A DNA stretch of 60,657 nt, the filler included, from Nemertoderma westbladi (lineage: Eukaryota; Animalia; Xenacoelomorpha): the NCBI GenBank assembly GCA_032718475.1. It is 3 parts of 3 records of this genome, joined end to end, with 100 filler letters (N's around TTAATTAATTAA, not from the genome) between each part and the next. Parts side by side here need not be neighbours in the genome. Positions count along the whole stretch, not along the records: positions 23,930 to 47,875 come from JAUCBJ010004117.1; 2 more parts are not named here. One strand, written 5' to 3'. Below are positions 24,629-37,085 of the stretch, piece after piece. A program made the position numbers and the translations under genes. Below the pieces are notes generated by a model. It had not been told where the DNA came from. It worked only from the letters and a program-made list of their open reading frames with translations, and did no database searches. The stretch's first letter is position 1, and each line of letters opens with the position of its first letter.

Positions 24629-25369
24629 TATCACACGTGAAAGTTAATAAAAAAAAACTAGACACCATTACAACCTTAAATGACATGTTATCACTAATAA
24701 TTAAACTACAAACGTTCTAGAATAAATATAAAACATTCGTAAGTCCAAGGTGATATTTAAAGATCACTGCAGTACAAAAGTATTGGGAGATGTTAACTCA
24801 AATCGCACTACTGAGTTCTATAATTTTAGTATTATTTTATCATAACTATATAGTTCAAGTTATACTGTACACGTTCATTATTAAATCAACGCCTTGATTA
24901 AATATAAAAACAAAGTCCGAGAACAATTTTCTAGAACAATTAACTGTTGTATATTAATTAATGAAAAAAATCTAGAACATCTTTTATATAATAGCGAAAT
25001 GTTCTTAAATAAAAAAAGTGGCAATTCCAAACATTCTTAGGTGGTGAATAATTAATCGTTCCCACGTGTTTAAAATATAATCAAGATATTTTTCCAAAAA
25101 ATGTTCTGGAACAAAAATATTTGTATCCTCCGCACATTCCGTTGGAGACTCAACTAAAAGTAAAACAATATTAATTTTGGATTATAAAGGACTATCTCAT
25201 CCTAGAAAACAAGTTGATGGCTCTATTATTCATCGCTGTCATGTTCCCATTCCTGTTTGTATGATGAGCAAGGCGTACTATATACTATATCTATATGTAC
25301 ACCTGTATCTATCTATATGTATATAGTACGCCTTGATGGTGAGGTGATTGTTCAAGAAATTATAGATAC

Positions 25370-25495
25370 TTTTTATATTATGTGGGGCGAGCCACGAAGT
25401 TGGCGGAGCCTTAGCGAATTGACACTGTTAGGGGGTGGGTCAATTTATGCAAATAGTTGTCGTCGTCGTCGTTGTCGTCGTCGTCGTCGTCGTTG

Positions 25496-25527
<32 letters not shown>

Positions 25528-26730
25528 GTCGTCGTCGTCGTTACGATTTTGACATGCTAATAACTTTGTCGGATTTAAAGCTGCCAAGTTGAAAATTTGT
25601 AGGTATCAATATGAGCAAAAGTTGAGATTTTTGAGAGACTTTCAGACACCATCAGTGCAATGGTCTCCCGCTAGAGGGCCACATGTCTAAACATTAAATG
25701 CCCTCCCATTTCTTTGCTTTTAATCCGTTTAAGCTGAAACTTGGCAGATATGTATTAGACCATTAGCTGTGACTTTCAAAGGAGGCGAATCCATCTGCAG
25801 TTCTCCAGTCTGCCGCTAGAGGGCCAAAGGTCTGAAAGTGAAATCGTTGTCGTCGTTACGATTTTGACATGCTAATAACTTTGTCGGATTTAAAGCTGCC
25901 AAGTTGAAAATTTGTAGGTATCAATATGAGCTAAAGTTGAGATTTTTGAGAGACTTTCAGACACCATCAGTGCAATGGTCTCCCGCTAGAGGGCCACATG
26001 TCTAAACATTAAATGCCCTCCCATTTCTTTGCTTTTAATCCGTTTAAGCTGAAACTTGGCAGATATGTATTAGACCATTAGCTGTGACTTTCAAAGGAGG
26101 CGAATCCATCTGCAGTTCTCCAGTCTGCCGCTAGAGGGCCAAATGTCTGAAAGTGAAATCGTTGTCGTCGTTATGATATTGACATGCTTATAACTTTGTC
26201 GAATTTAAAGCTGCCAAGTTGAAAATTTGTTTTGTTGAAAATCAGTTCAACAGTCACCCGCTATAGGACTACTTTATGCCTGAAAGTGAATAGATTCTCC
26301 CGTCTCATTGATTTTAATCAGTTTAAGCTGAATCTTGCCATATATTCTGGACCACATGCTGCGTCTTTGTGGGGGGGGGGGGGGGGGGGGGGGAGATTTA
26401 ATCGGTCTGCCGCTATACGACGAAATTTCTGAAAGTGAGATCCGTCTCTCATTTCGTTATCCGTTATTCAAGATGAAACTTGGCCGATGTACGTATGTAC
26501 TATTCATCCATAGGCTGTGTCTTTGTGGGGCTGGAGACCCTAATCCATCTTCAGTTCTCACTATACCGCTAGAGTCAGAAATGTCTGAATAGAAATGAAA
26601 GAGGTAAAAAGTGATTAGGCGAAATCTGCTTAAAATTTGCTAATACAGTAATACTTTCGAATTAGTACTTAAATTAAATTTAAGTCACGTGCTGCGCGAA
26701 GGCCCCACTTCGTGTATTCTTATTCTTGTT
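25370..26730 (+). mobile_element. Helentron-associated (HINE/DINE-1/pearl-like) non-autonomous element
   Basis: T-rich 5' flank, short subterminal inverted pair GTGGGGC (25382) / GCCCCAC (26702), small hairpin GCCACGAAGTTGGC, (GTC)n microsatellite at 25457-25541, then a 315-bp unit starting at 25541, 25856 and 26171 (last copy partial). Classification is by architecture only. Confidence 0.55.
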
Positions 26731-27867
26731 ACAGTATATATTTTTCAAATCAGTCAGTTATAACGTTTAACTGTGCGTCCGCGTTTCTGTAAAACCTACC
26801 TGACTCGTGAACTGCCAAACAGTTGATTTCACGAAATCAGAAGTACAACTTGAAATACTGTAGTTATAAAGATTCTGTATAATTCTGATTTGATTTTTGA
26901 ACTGATATTTACGAAAGAATAAATGCATGATTATTGATATTATTATTATAAACTTACTCCTCGCAGGTCAATGTTTTCAGCTCTAAAGCTGAATCCAGCT
27001 AATTCAGGGCATTGAAGGACCTGCATCACATAGGCTACGGGATTTGGAACATCTTTTAGTTCTTCGACGGCCACTGTTGGCTTGTACGGAGATAGCTATT
27101 TACATACTTGTGTGTTAAGTAGCACTTTACAGTGTGATGATCCGAATGGCTTTGTTACACGAACGAACGTTAGTGAGTGAGTGAAAATAAAGCCACGAGG
27201 ATCAGAACACTGTAAAATACTTTGCAACAAAACAAGTATGTATGTAGTTTTATTCCAAAATGTTAACATTACGAAATGATTGTACATATATTATAAGTGA
27301 TAGAAACTGTACAAATTAAATTAGTTGCTGTATAAATAAATGTTAAAATGACATAAATTATGTTATAAATAAGTTAGCTTATATTTATGGTGGCGTTTGG
27401 AGCCATGTTAATAATATAGCTACTGGTTATTAATAGCTATACCCCGCCTACCGGTAGGTAATGCAGTAGGCTGTCAGGCAAATTTCCACCTATTGTTTAC
27501 GTGGTAACCAATGACAGCGTTAAGTAATGTCCACTAAGGGGACATTACTTAACTGATAACACCAAATACAATTCTACTGTAAATGTACAGGCCAATACAA
27601 TGCTGTAATGTCCTCTAAAGTTGTAAAGTGCTAAATAACAACTCGCTCTTACATACTAACGGCGTTGTGTAATGTTACAATAATTTTGGAATATAAATAT
27701 TACGGTACCGGTTTTACTATTAGTAGTTACTACAATTTCACATTAGTAAGTACTAACTGCTAGTTACTGCCCCCAATGTGTCTTCTTAAAATTGATGACC
27801 AGGTCATGCTCTTTAAAATATTGTTCACATAAGTATAGCATGCGATGTAACGTCCCTGTATGTAAGT

Positions 27868-29195
27868 GGTGGCCAGGCGCCAGCAGTCTGTCTGTAACTG
27901 GTCGCCAGGCGCCAGCAGTCTGTCTATAACTGGTAGCCAGGCGCCAGCAGTCTGTCTGTAACTGGTAGCCAGGCGCCAGCAGTCTGTCTGTAACTGGTAG
28001 CCAGCAGTCTATCTGAAACTGGTAGCCAGGCGCCAGCAGTCTGTCTGTAACTGGTAGCCAGGCATGGCATCAGTCTGTCTGTAACTGGTAGCCAGGCAGC
28101 CAGCAGTCTGTCTGAAACTGGTAGCCAGGCGCCAGCAGTCTGTCTGTAGCTAGTAGCCAGGCAGCCAGCAGTCTGTCTGAAACTGGTAGCTAGGCGCCAG
28201 CAGTCTGTCTGCTGCAACTGGTAGCCAGGCGCCAGCGGTCTGTCTGTAACTGGTAGCCAGCAGCCAGCAGTCTGTCTGAAACAGGTAGCCAGGCTCCAGC
28301 AGTCTGTCTGTAACTGGTAGCCAGGCGCCAGCAGTCTGTCTGTAACTGGTTGCCAGCAGCCAGCAGTCTGCCTGTAACTGATCGCCAGGCGCCCGCAGTC
28401 TGTCTGTAACTGGTAGCAAGGCGCCAGCAGTCTGTCTGTAACTGGTAGCCAGGCGCCAGCAGTATGTCTGTAACTGGTAGCCAGGCGCCAGCAGTCTGTC
28501 TGTAACTGGTAGCCAGCAGCCAGCAGTCTGTCTGTAACTGGTAGCCAGGCGCCAGTAGTCTTTCTGTAACTATGGTAGCCAGGCGCCAGAAGTCTGTCTG
28601 TAACTGGTAGCCAGGCGCCAGCAGTCTGTCTGTAACTGGTAGCCAGCAGCCAGGAGTCTGTCTGTAACTGGTAGCCAGGCGCCAGCAGTCTATCTGTAAC
28701 TGGTAGCCAGGCGCCATCGGTCTATCTGTAACTGGTAGCCAGGCGCCAGCAGTCTGTCTGTAACTGGTAACCAGGCATGGCATCAGCAGTGTGTCTGTAA
28801 CTGGTAGCCAGGCGCCAGCAGTCTGTCTGTAACTGGTAGCCAGGAGCACGCAGTCTGTCTGCAACTGGTAGCCAGCAGCCAGCAGTCTGTCTGTAACTGG
28901 TAGCCAGGCGCCAGCAGTCTATCTGTAACTGGTAGCCAGGCGCCAGCGGTCTGTCTGTAACTGGTAGCCAGGCGCCAGCAGTCTGTCTGTAACTGGTAGC
29001 CAGGCATGGCATCAGCAGTGTGTCTGTAACTGGTAGCCATGCGCCAGAAGTCTGTCTGTAACTGGTAGCCAGGCGCCAGCAGTCTGTCTGTAACTGGTAG
29101 CCAGCAGCCAGCAGTCTGTCTGTAACTGGTAGCCAGGCGCCAGCAGTATATCTGTAACTGGTAGCCAGGCGCCAGGCAGTCTGTCTCTAACTGCT
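27868..29195. repeat. 32-bp GC-rich minisatellite CTGGTAGCCAGGCGCCAGCAGTCTGTCTGTAA (~41 copies)
   Basis: Direct tandem copies with recurrent variants (AGCAGCC, GGCATGGCATC). Confidence 0.97.
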
Positions 29196-29355
29196 AACCA
29201 TGAGATTGTAATTTAAAGAGATAATTAACAGACAGTGGTATCTACACTAAGGTAGTTACTAATAATTGTTCTATAATAGGTTTTAATAATTGCCGCCTTT
29301 GATTGCCTTTATGAGACTCTATTCATTGCATAAGTAATTGCCTTTGTCAAAAGTG

Positions 29356-29363
29356 TATAAATA
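29356..29363 (+). promoter_or_regulatory. Candidate TATA box of the fibrinogen-related gene, displaced by the LTR insertion
   Basis: TATAAATA lies ~93 nt upstream of the ATG at 45698 once the TSD-bounded LTR element is removed. Confidence 0.45.
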
Positions 29364-29426
29364 GGAGGAGTTTTAGGCATTAAAACCATTCTCTATCAGA
29401 AAATTATCTTAACTTTAGTTACAAAG

Positions 29427-30629
29427 TGTTCGCGCTTTCAGACCTTTAGCAGTTTAACCTGCCAAATTGGGATGTCTTCTAGATAATAAATCGACTTTAG
29501 CCTATGACGAGTATTTGATACACTACATTAGCCGAAGCCAGTCTATGCGCGACCATTCACCCGCTGGATATACCCGGGAGACTGGATTCGGAAGCTTAAC
29601 CTTATTGCGGTGTAGGCCTACTGTATTATTCGACTGATCGTAATATATAATCTCTGACAAATATTATTCACTTTCGGGAAATATTAACAGTTCCTTTAGG
29701 ACGTGGCGCTCTAAATATGTAAAGAGAGTTATGACTTAAACTAGACACAACGGGATGGCTATGGATTCACGTATATAGCGCATTCTTTAGGAGATGCTTT
29801 GTTATCAGTCACAATCATACACAATACTGCACAATTCTGCACACCGATCTGCCGACCTTCACTAATTTTAGTCACATATAAAGAGAACAACAACCAATAC
29901 ATGTAGTGCCTATGAAATAGCATTAGATTCACTTCAAAACCACTTTAATGTAAGTCGCAATCGTTATATGTAACCGGTCTCTCTTACCTTCAGTATATCA
30001 AGAAGATTGAGGGTTTTGTAATTATTTATCGATATTCCAAATATAATAATATTCCATCAACTGATATAATGAATAACCGACAGTAAATAGCAGTACAAAT
30101 GTTAAGGTATGAATGGTTATGATATGTTATGTTATGATTAGTTAAGTTTGTGGTTTGATAACAGATATACGTTCTATAATTAAGCATACTAATGTTGGGC
30201 TAAAGACTGAAAACACAGAGGTTCCAAAGCCGGTCTTCTGGCTGTGGACAAAATACACATACTGACTCAATTCATGAGTTTCTGTATACAACCTCCAACA
30301 CAGAGTCAAAAAACGCTCTGATTGGTCGACCGAACAAAGAAACGACAGAGAACAAAGGAAAAGCTCCACGTGCACAGATCAGCTGTTAGCAGTCGTCATA
30401 GTAACTACACTGTGTCAATAGGATTTTGGCTATTGCGACATAAGATCGCTAGTTATGTCCGCTAAAGTACACAGTTAGTTATGTCCGCTAAAGTACACAT
30501 ATAGAAGAAATGGCTTTTATGTCCACTAACACACCGGTACAGTAAGGAAACGGCTTTTTATGTCCGTTAAAACACCTACAGAGTACTTTGCGGGGAAAAT
30601 AACTAGTTAGATCCGCAAAAGCCTTTACA
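29427..30629 (-). repeat. 3' LTR (1203 bp)
   Basis: TGTTCGCGCTTTC…GCCTTTACA; differs from the other LTR by about ten substitutions and one 10-bp indel (by eye). Confidence 0.95.
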
Positions 30630-30799
30630 CCGCTCCCAGAAAATGGGATTTAATTCTATAAAATATAAAAAATCACAGTTTCTAAAATATAAAAATACTC
30701 TAAACAGTTAGTTTTTCTTGCGCGGACGGCGTTTACGCAGTTTTTTGGAGGCTAGCAAGAGTCCTTTTCTCTTTGGGGCGAGCCACTTTACTAGGAGGG

Positions 30800-32071
30800 C
30801 CATAACTCCTGGGTGAAGGGTGCAATACAATTACATCAGAAGGTTTAGGGTTACGGTCGATGTCTCGTCCATTTCGATATGCTTCTCCTCGAGCTGATTT
30901 TCCTCCGCTTATCGTTGGATGCGTTCGTCCAAAACTCTTGCAGAGAATAGAGTCGTCCAATATCGAGTTCGATATCTTCTTAGAGATTCTGGATTTCTTG
31001 ATCGAACTGAGATAAAGTTAATTCGTTTACAGCTTGGACTTGCTGCTGCAATTTACGTTTCTCTAAACAATTGTAGGTTCATTTTCCGATCTTTTGACGA
31101 ATAGTGTCCAACGCGTTTCGTACAACTCTTTCCTCCGCTTCGGTGACAGGTTGTATCGGGTTAAACAGGGACGATGATACGGTTGAATGACGATATTAGA
31201 TGTCCGCGTCCCAATCCGACTAGGTAAGATGGGCGAATATTTAGGGAGCCCACAACCGGAGTGCCACCGACTAACTGTTCGGGTAGCACTAGATCTTTGA
31301 ACAGTGAGTACAGTTCGGGAGGATCCATGATACTATTAGGATCAAGAGTCTGAGGTCTAACTAGGGAATGAGGAGGTCTGACCGAGTATTCCGGAACTCT
31401 GATCATAGGTTTATTTAAGGATTGTTTGAATCGAGCGAGCGTAGGTGATACATCGAACAAGTTTCGCTCGAAACTCCCGTAAATATAGCGAGTAACCGTG
31501 TTTAAAGCAACGTCTCTACGGATGTTTATGTCTTTCCGTTTGTTGGTTGGGTCTTGGCCATTCATTGCAATAATACCAAAGACGCACGTCTTGTAGGGGA
31601 AACGCGGGTGATATTTATTCGGTTTTACAATGTTTCTCTCAAGAATTCCAAATATACGTTGGAGTTACTGCGTTTATCCGGTTCTTTAACGTCTTCTCTT
31701 TCGAGTCGATTTCGAATAGAATTTTCGCATTCGATTCTCAATTTATCGTTCCGACTCCGCTGGGTATGATATTTAAACAGGACCATTTCCCTTTCGGTGT
31801 CGATATCGTCCGTATCGTGTAAATCGATAGGATGGCCAGTAGTTAAGAAGTCCATATACGTACCATTACAATGCGTATAGCGAGCAGCGAATTTTCGATA
31901 GTCCAATTCATGCGTAAGTTGCTCCTGGGACATCGGCGGTTCGATATAACGCCCATCGTCCTCCGTAGTAGTTGGACCAGCGTCGCCGCGTATCAAGCTA
32001 TCAACAAACGCTTATAAAGGTGGAGTATATCGCTCCCTGATACCAAGATCATCTTCTATCAACTCAGTCAT
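30800..32071 (-). pseudogene. Decayed additional ORF of unknown function in the 3' (env) position of the BEL element
   Basis: ATG at 32071 (MTELIEDDLGIRERYTPPL*AFVDSLIRGDAG…) is in frame with ORF 31996-31625. It continues through frameshifts into 31565-31161 and a heptad-like stretch (LQQQVQAVNELTLSQFDQEIQNL*EDIELD). No signal peptide or TM segment is visible. Confidence 0.5.
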
Positions 32072-33738
32072 ATCTGCTATATGAGTTTATCAATATTATA
32101 ATGAGTTTATATTTAGGCTAGCGGGCGTCGCTGCCTACCCCTCTCGGCCCCCAGACAGCGCAAGATCCTCAGCGCTGGTGTACTTTCGCCAATGTGCCTG
32201 TCGCCAACGTCGTAGCTGCACAACAACCACAACAACCAGCGCGAGTCACTCCACCGTCCGTCCCAAAGGCTTAGATTTACTTCAGGTTCTTACTGGAGAG
32301 TTAGGGCTACTTTCACAATTGCGACTCGCTACTGTAAACACACTTTAGTAGTAACATTCACCTATAAACACACAAATTCCACACAACTGTCACAAATCGC
32401 ACACATTCGGGCCATTTGTCCGTTAGTCAGTGCCTTCCAGAATGCCACGTTATTATTGGGTATCCTGGGATACTAGCAGTGTGCTATTTATTCCTTATGC
32501 TATTCAATGGGCAAGCTTTATTGTTCTTTTAACTCACTTCTAATTCTAGCGTGGTTGTTGCCATGGTGACATTATGGAAAGCTAGCGGTAGAATTAGGGT
32601 AATTCTCATGCATACAGATCTGGGATGCTATTTAATAGTAATTCTTTAATGGTCAATATCCTCTCTATACATGATTTTATGAATTTTATCGGCTATTGAC
32701 TACATATTGGAGATTCTCGCACACTAATATACTTAATAGGGTGAATCTCCGCTCCCATGATCTATTAATTTATGGAATTTTGGGAATGTTATAAATTGTA
32801 TAAAAATGACAATTTATCAAATTCATTAAAATATGAATTTAAATTTATTCCCGTAAATTTTATTATTTAATATTGAATAGACACAATTTTATTCCAGAAC
32901 ATGTCTGGGGACTAGGATCCTTGATTCTAGGAAATTGGTCTTTTTAAGAATATCGGTAAGTGCTACGATATCTTAATAGACTAGAATTTTAAAGGATCTA
33001 AAATTTGACAGATTTTGTAAATATTAATAATTAATATTTAGGATGGGCACCAGTTTATTCCAGAACTTGTCTGGGGACGTTAACCACTGATTCTAGAATT
33101 TTGTCTTTCAAGTATATCGGTGGGTGCCGCGATATCTTAATCGACTAGAATTACAGATGGTCAAAGGGTTTAACAGATTTATTTTGCGTTATACGCTACT
33201 GTTAAAGGGACATCACGCTACTATATGTATTATTTAATATACGGTATGAGAGCAATATCGCACGAAGCAATGTCAGTGAGAAGAGGCAAGTCGTTTCCAA
33301 GGTCTACCCAGAGCTTGGTTTAGCCGAGACATGAGGATCTGAATTTTGCATTCCTAATACTCTACTTTACCAATAATACTTGAATATAGTAGGAGCTTTA
33401 TTGTACTTTAATAAGTACGGAGATTTCATCTTACTGTAGTTACGTATTTATAATATGATACGGACAGTAAGGAAAGAGAAAAAGAATTATTTCTCGCCGT
33501 CGCACTAAATATATAATATATAAGTAATTAAGTAATAAACGCTAATATATATTGCACTAATCTACTAAATAATCGCTAAAATAACATTCTACTAAATAAA
33601 ATTAAAGAAAACGATTATAATAAAATTACATAATAATACATACATAAATATAAAATAATAAAAACAAATATAAAATAATATAGTCACACACCCACTCCAG
33701 ACGCTGTTACGTTGGGGAGTCCCTAGATGTTTGTTGGA

Positions 33739-35235
33739 TTAGGGAGGTGGTCGTGGGAAGAGTATCTTGCCTTCCATAGTTTCCGGACAGTTCTCGGTCT
33801 CGTTCCAGTAAACATAAACGACCAACTGGGTGATTGAGCTGCTGTGTCTCGAAGACAATTCCAGGTTTCCTCTTCGTCCTGGAATAGTGACGACGGCCTT
33901 ACAAAGCCGATTCCAGGATCTATAGTGGTCCATCGCTCCCGGCAGGAGAGGTGAGAGTCCCGGCGAGACGTCTGGTGTTCCAGATCTCCAGTCTCTCTCT
34001 CTGATCTCCACAACAGATCGGTTCGCGGTGGGGGAGTTTAGATCCACAGCGTCGTCCCTGGCAATGTGTAGTACAGACAGATCTATCACGGGTTTAAATA
34101 ACCTTGATTTACTCTTCCGGGTTTTAGGTTTGACTTTCTCCGCTCCCCTGGCTTGTCTAATCTCAGCCGTGGTAAGATGGGGAGGCCATTCATCTTCTTT
34201 ACTTAGGAAGTCGGGTCCACCTAACCAGTCTGGAGTATCTGTCAGTTCTTGAGGAGTTGCTCCTCTGGAAGCGATGTCGGCCAGATTAATCGTCTCGGGG
34301 CAATGTCTCCATTGATCTACATTGGAGTTAATATCGTCATTATCTGAGGAGTATGGTGTTCCCTCAGTTGGATCGTCTAACTCACTGCTCTCCACTTCCC
34401 ATTCTCTTACTTGATATACCTGATCTTTCGGTAATCTTTCCATGAGAGTTCTACGGGAAGGGCCAGTAAAGTACCAACCCACTTTAGTTCTTCCCGCATA
34501 AGCTTGTAGTGGTTGCGGTTGAGCAGGCCGTTTCTCCAATGTCTCAAGTGCCTCATGCGCATTTTGGCCGATGAGTATTTGCACTCCAGGGTAGTCTGTG
34601 TTGAATCTAGGTATATTAAGCTGCTGGGTGGAATCGTCCTCATCCCAGTTATAAGGTTCTACTTGGCTGGTAGCGAAGTTCTTTATCGCCACCATTTTTA
34701 CTGACCTTATGCTGTGTTCTCCTAGTTCATCCTGGGGGGTGGACAACGCACCTACATAATAATCCGTTATTACTGTAGATTTCCAAACCTGCATAATTCC
34801 TGACATGTTTAACTTAGTTCGGAACTTGGGTTGTCCAGCAAAGATGTCTTCGGCTAGTTCTTTGTCGATGAATGTTCCTGTGCTACCGGAGTCAAGGAGG
34901 GCGTTCACTGTATAACTCCTTTTAAGTCCGTGGACCCTTAACTGTACTACTGGAAATTCTCGGATTCCTACATTGGAAGTTGGTGCTTTCCAAGATGGTT
35001 GTCGGTCAGAAGTAGTTAGGGGGAGCTCGCTGTCGGTGTCCTTTGCATACGTAAGTGCTCGATACACTGCGGTATTTATCAGGTAACAGGATTCATTTTC
35101 GTCGGAGAATTCGTCCGTATAGAATCCTTCCATCTCAGAACTTTGGTCAGTGTCGTTCACATCACTGAATTGGACATGTAGTTCGGACTCACTTACCTGA
35201 CTCGGGCTGTTTCGATCGAATTCAGTGTGCAACAA
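33739..35235 (-). CDS. BEL/Pao aspartic protease fused in frame to a post-RNase-H pol fragment; RT, RNase H and integrase absent
   Basis: ALLDSGSTGTFI active site, ILIG and RTKVGWYFTG motifs, followed almost directly by QWRHCPETINLADIASRG…WLGGPDFL and YRSWNRL, which in full BEL pol lie after RT and most of RNase H. Confidence 0.85.
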   Translation of the reverse strand: MLHTEFDRNSPSQVSESELHVQFSDVNDTDQSSEMEGFYTDEFSDENESCYLINTAVYRALTYAKDTDSELPLTTSDRQPSWKAPTSNVGIREFPVVQLRVHGLKRSYTVNALLDSGSTGTFIDKELAEDIFAGQPKFRTKLNMSGIMQVWKSTVITDYYVGALSTPQDELGEHSIRSVKMVAIKNFATSQVEPYNWDEDDSTQQLNIPRFNTDYPGVQILIGQNAHEALETLEKRPAQPQPLQAYAGRTKVGWYFTGPSRRTLMERLPKDQVYQVREWEVESSELDDPTEGTPYSSDNDDINSNVDQWRHCPETINLADIASRGATPQELTDTPDWLGGPDFLSKEDEWPPHLTTAEIRQARGAEKVKPKTRKSKSRLFKPVIDLSVLHIARDDAVDLNSPTANRSVVEIRERDWRSGTPDVSPGLSPLLPGAMDHYRSWNRLCKAVVTIPGRRGNLELSSRHSSSITQLVVYVYWNETENCPETMEGKILFPRPPP

Positions 35236-37085
35236 GATGATGTTTTACACCGCACTTTGCACACCTTGCGTCGGAATAACACGTTCGCCGTTGGTGTCCT
35301 CGTCTGAGGCAATTATAACACAACCGCTTATCCCACATGACTTCCCGTCTATCCTTTAGTGATTTCCTCAGGAATTCGTCACACACATTCAAACGGTGGG
35401 GCCCGTCGCACAGCACACATTTTGGTTTGATGTTACTTACCTTACTCTGGGTAACGTTGTGCACACTCGTTCTTTCCTCGGGCTTTCTTACATGAATTCT
35501 CTTAGGAGACTTAGGAGGAGTTTTTCTTACCTGTTCTCTCCTGTCATTGGTTCGAGACTTGAATTTACTTACGTCCTTAGGCGCTTTGTTGACATAATAA
35601 GATCTTTCAGTGTCTTTCCCGCTGTCCTCTCCTTGAGAAGCCTGGCTTTCGCCGTCGTCGGTATAACACACTGGTGTTACCTTTCTCCTAGAAACGGGTT
35701 TCTCACTTACCTTGTTTTCCGGTGTCTTCTCTCTGGACTGCTTTAGGAGCTGTAATTTCACTTCTCCATCTAAGAATGACATGAGATCAGCCATGGTAGG
35801 GTCTCGTCGTTGCTGTTCCATCATATATAACACTTTGTTATCCCAGCGTGTACCTACTCCACCCTTCGGTAAAGTAGAGGCCACAGCTCCAATAACCATA
35901 GAACTCTGATATTCATGAGACTTACCTAGCCAATCTAATTGTTTACAGATCTCCTGAATCTCATCGGAAAACTCTATAATCCCGCTGCTAATGAATTTTC
36001 GGGGCGCTACCAATTTTGCATACAAATACCTAGCTATGTTATTCCTATTACCATACCTGATGTTTAGGGTATCCCAAACTTGTCTTAATCCATCGGGATG
36101 TCCAATAAACTTTAACGCCATTAACTTGGGAGATCCTTCCAAGCACTCGATGAGGAATCTAAGTTTCTCTCCGTTTGATAGCACAGAGTTCTGTATGTTA
36201 TCTTTGTAATATTCATTAAAAGGTAACCATTTCATCTCATCTCCATTGAACTTGACGATCTCTCCCACCTTTACCGCTTGACGGGCTTCGGTTCTAGCCA
36301 TTTGACGCGTAAAACTTTCTTGGGCCATCGTGTTATTTAATATCAAGTTATCGGTATATAAATTTCTCGGATTATTATCAAGTCTATATGGGATATCATT
36401 GTCAACAGGTTTATAATTACCCTTAATAGGGTTTACTATAGGAGTTTCCACTTCGCTAGCAGTATAGATGCGTGTAGGCTCCACACCTTGCGCATGAAAT
36501 ACTTCAGACCTAACAGGTTGACACATTGTTACAGGGGGTGGTGGTATACCCTTTTGTGTATTTACTAATTTATCGCGTTCTAACGCGATACTTTGCTGCA
36601 CTTCTTGCAACTCTAACCTACTCTCTCTAATTGTTCCCTTTAACTGCTGCACAGTCCCCTCCATCTCCTGGACTTGCTGAGAGGAGCGGGAACGGTGTTC
36701 CCTCAGCTGCCCGAGCAGGAGACCCATCTCCCGTCGTCCCTCATCTACCCACTCGACCGCCGAAGCGGGAGGCACCAACGTTGTAGCGGGCGGACGAGGG
36801 ACAACGGGCGACAAATCATTAATATTTCGCTCGGAGTCCAGGACATGAACATTTTCAAGGGTGGTTCTGTGGGGCACAGGTAGCTTAGTGCTGTGCAGAG
36901 GGAATTTAGAGGTAGGTTCAGGGAGTACAGGTGTCTCTATCACCGAAGAGGTGGCTTCGAGAACAGTCCTAATTATTTCAGGCTCATCTACTATAGTAGG
37001 GAGTCTTTCTATGTTAATTATTTGGTCTGTGGGTTCTGTACTACCTAAGTTTGTGTTAGTTAGTTGCCTTCTAACAGCTGGGTGA
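35222..37085 (-). CDS. BEL/Pao Gag core (DUF1759-like region and three Cys/His knuckles)
   Basis: KFNGDEMKWLPF…EKLRFLIECLEG…LNIRYG, then CVLCDGPHRLNVC, CYNCLRRGHQRRTC, CAKCGVKHH. The frame is open upstream of the GTG at 36943 to ~37085; frameshifts separate it from both neighbouring ORFs. Confidence 0.9.

Noticed and set aside
25257-25592. Protamine-like poly-Arg ORF
   Set aside because: Translation of the (GTC)n microsatellite in a repeat element.
27868-29195. CRISPR-like array or repeat proteins (also 40090-41045 and 23981-24544)
   Set aside because: Units are contiguous with no unique spacers, no cas genes are present, and the context is eukaryotic.
30142-30375. Duplicated small ORF (also 45183-45410)
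   Set aside because: Lies within the two LTRs, uses a non-ATG start and has no recognisable domain.
30800-32071. Envelope gene implying an infectious BEL virus
   Set aside because: No signal peptide, TM helix or Cys-rich ectodomain is visible; kept only as an unknown accessory ORF.
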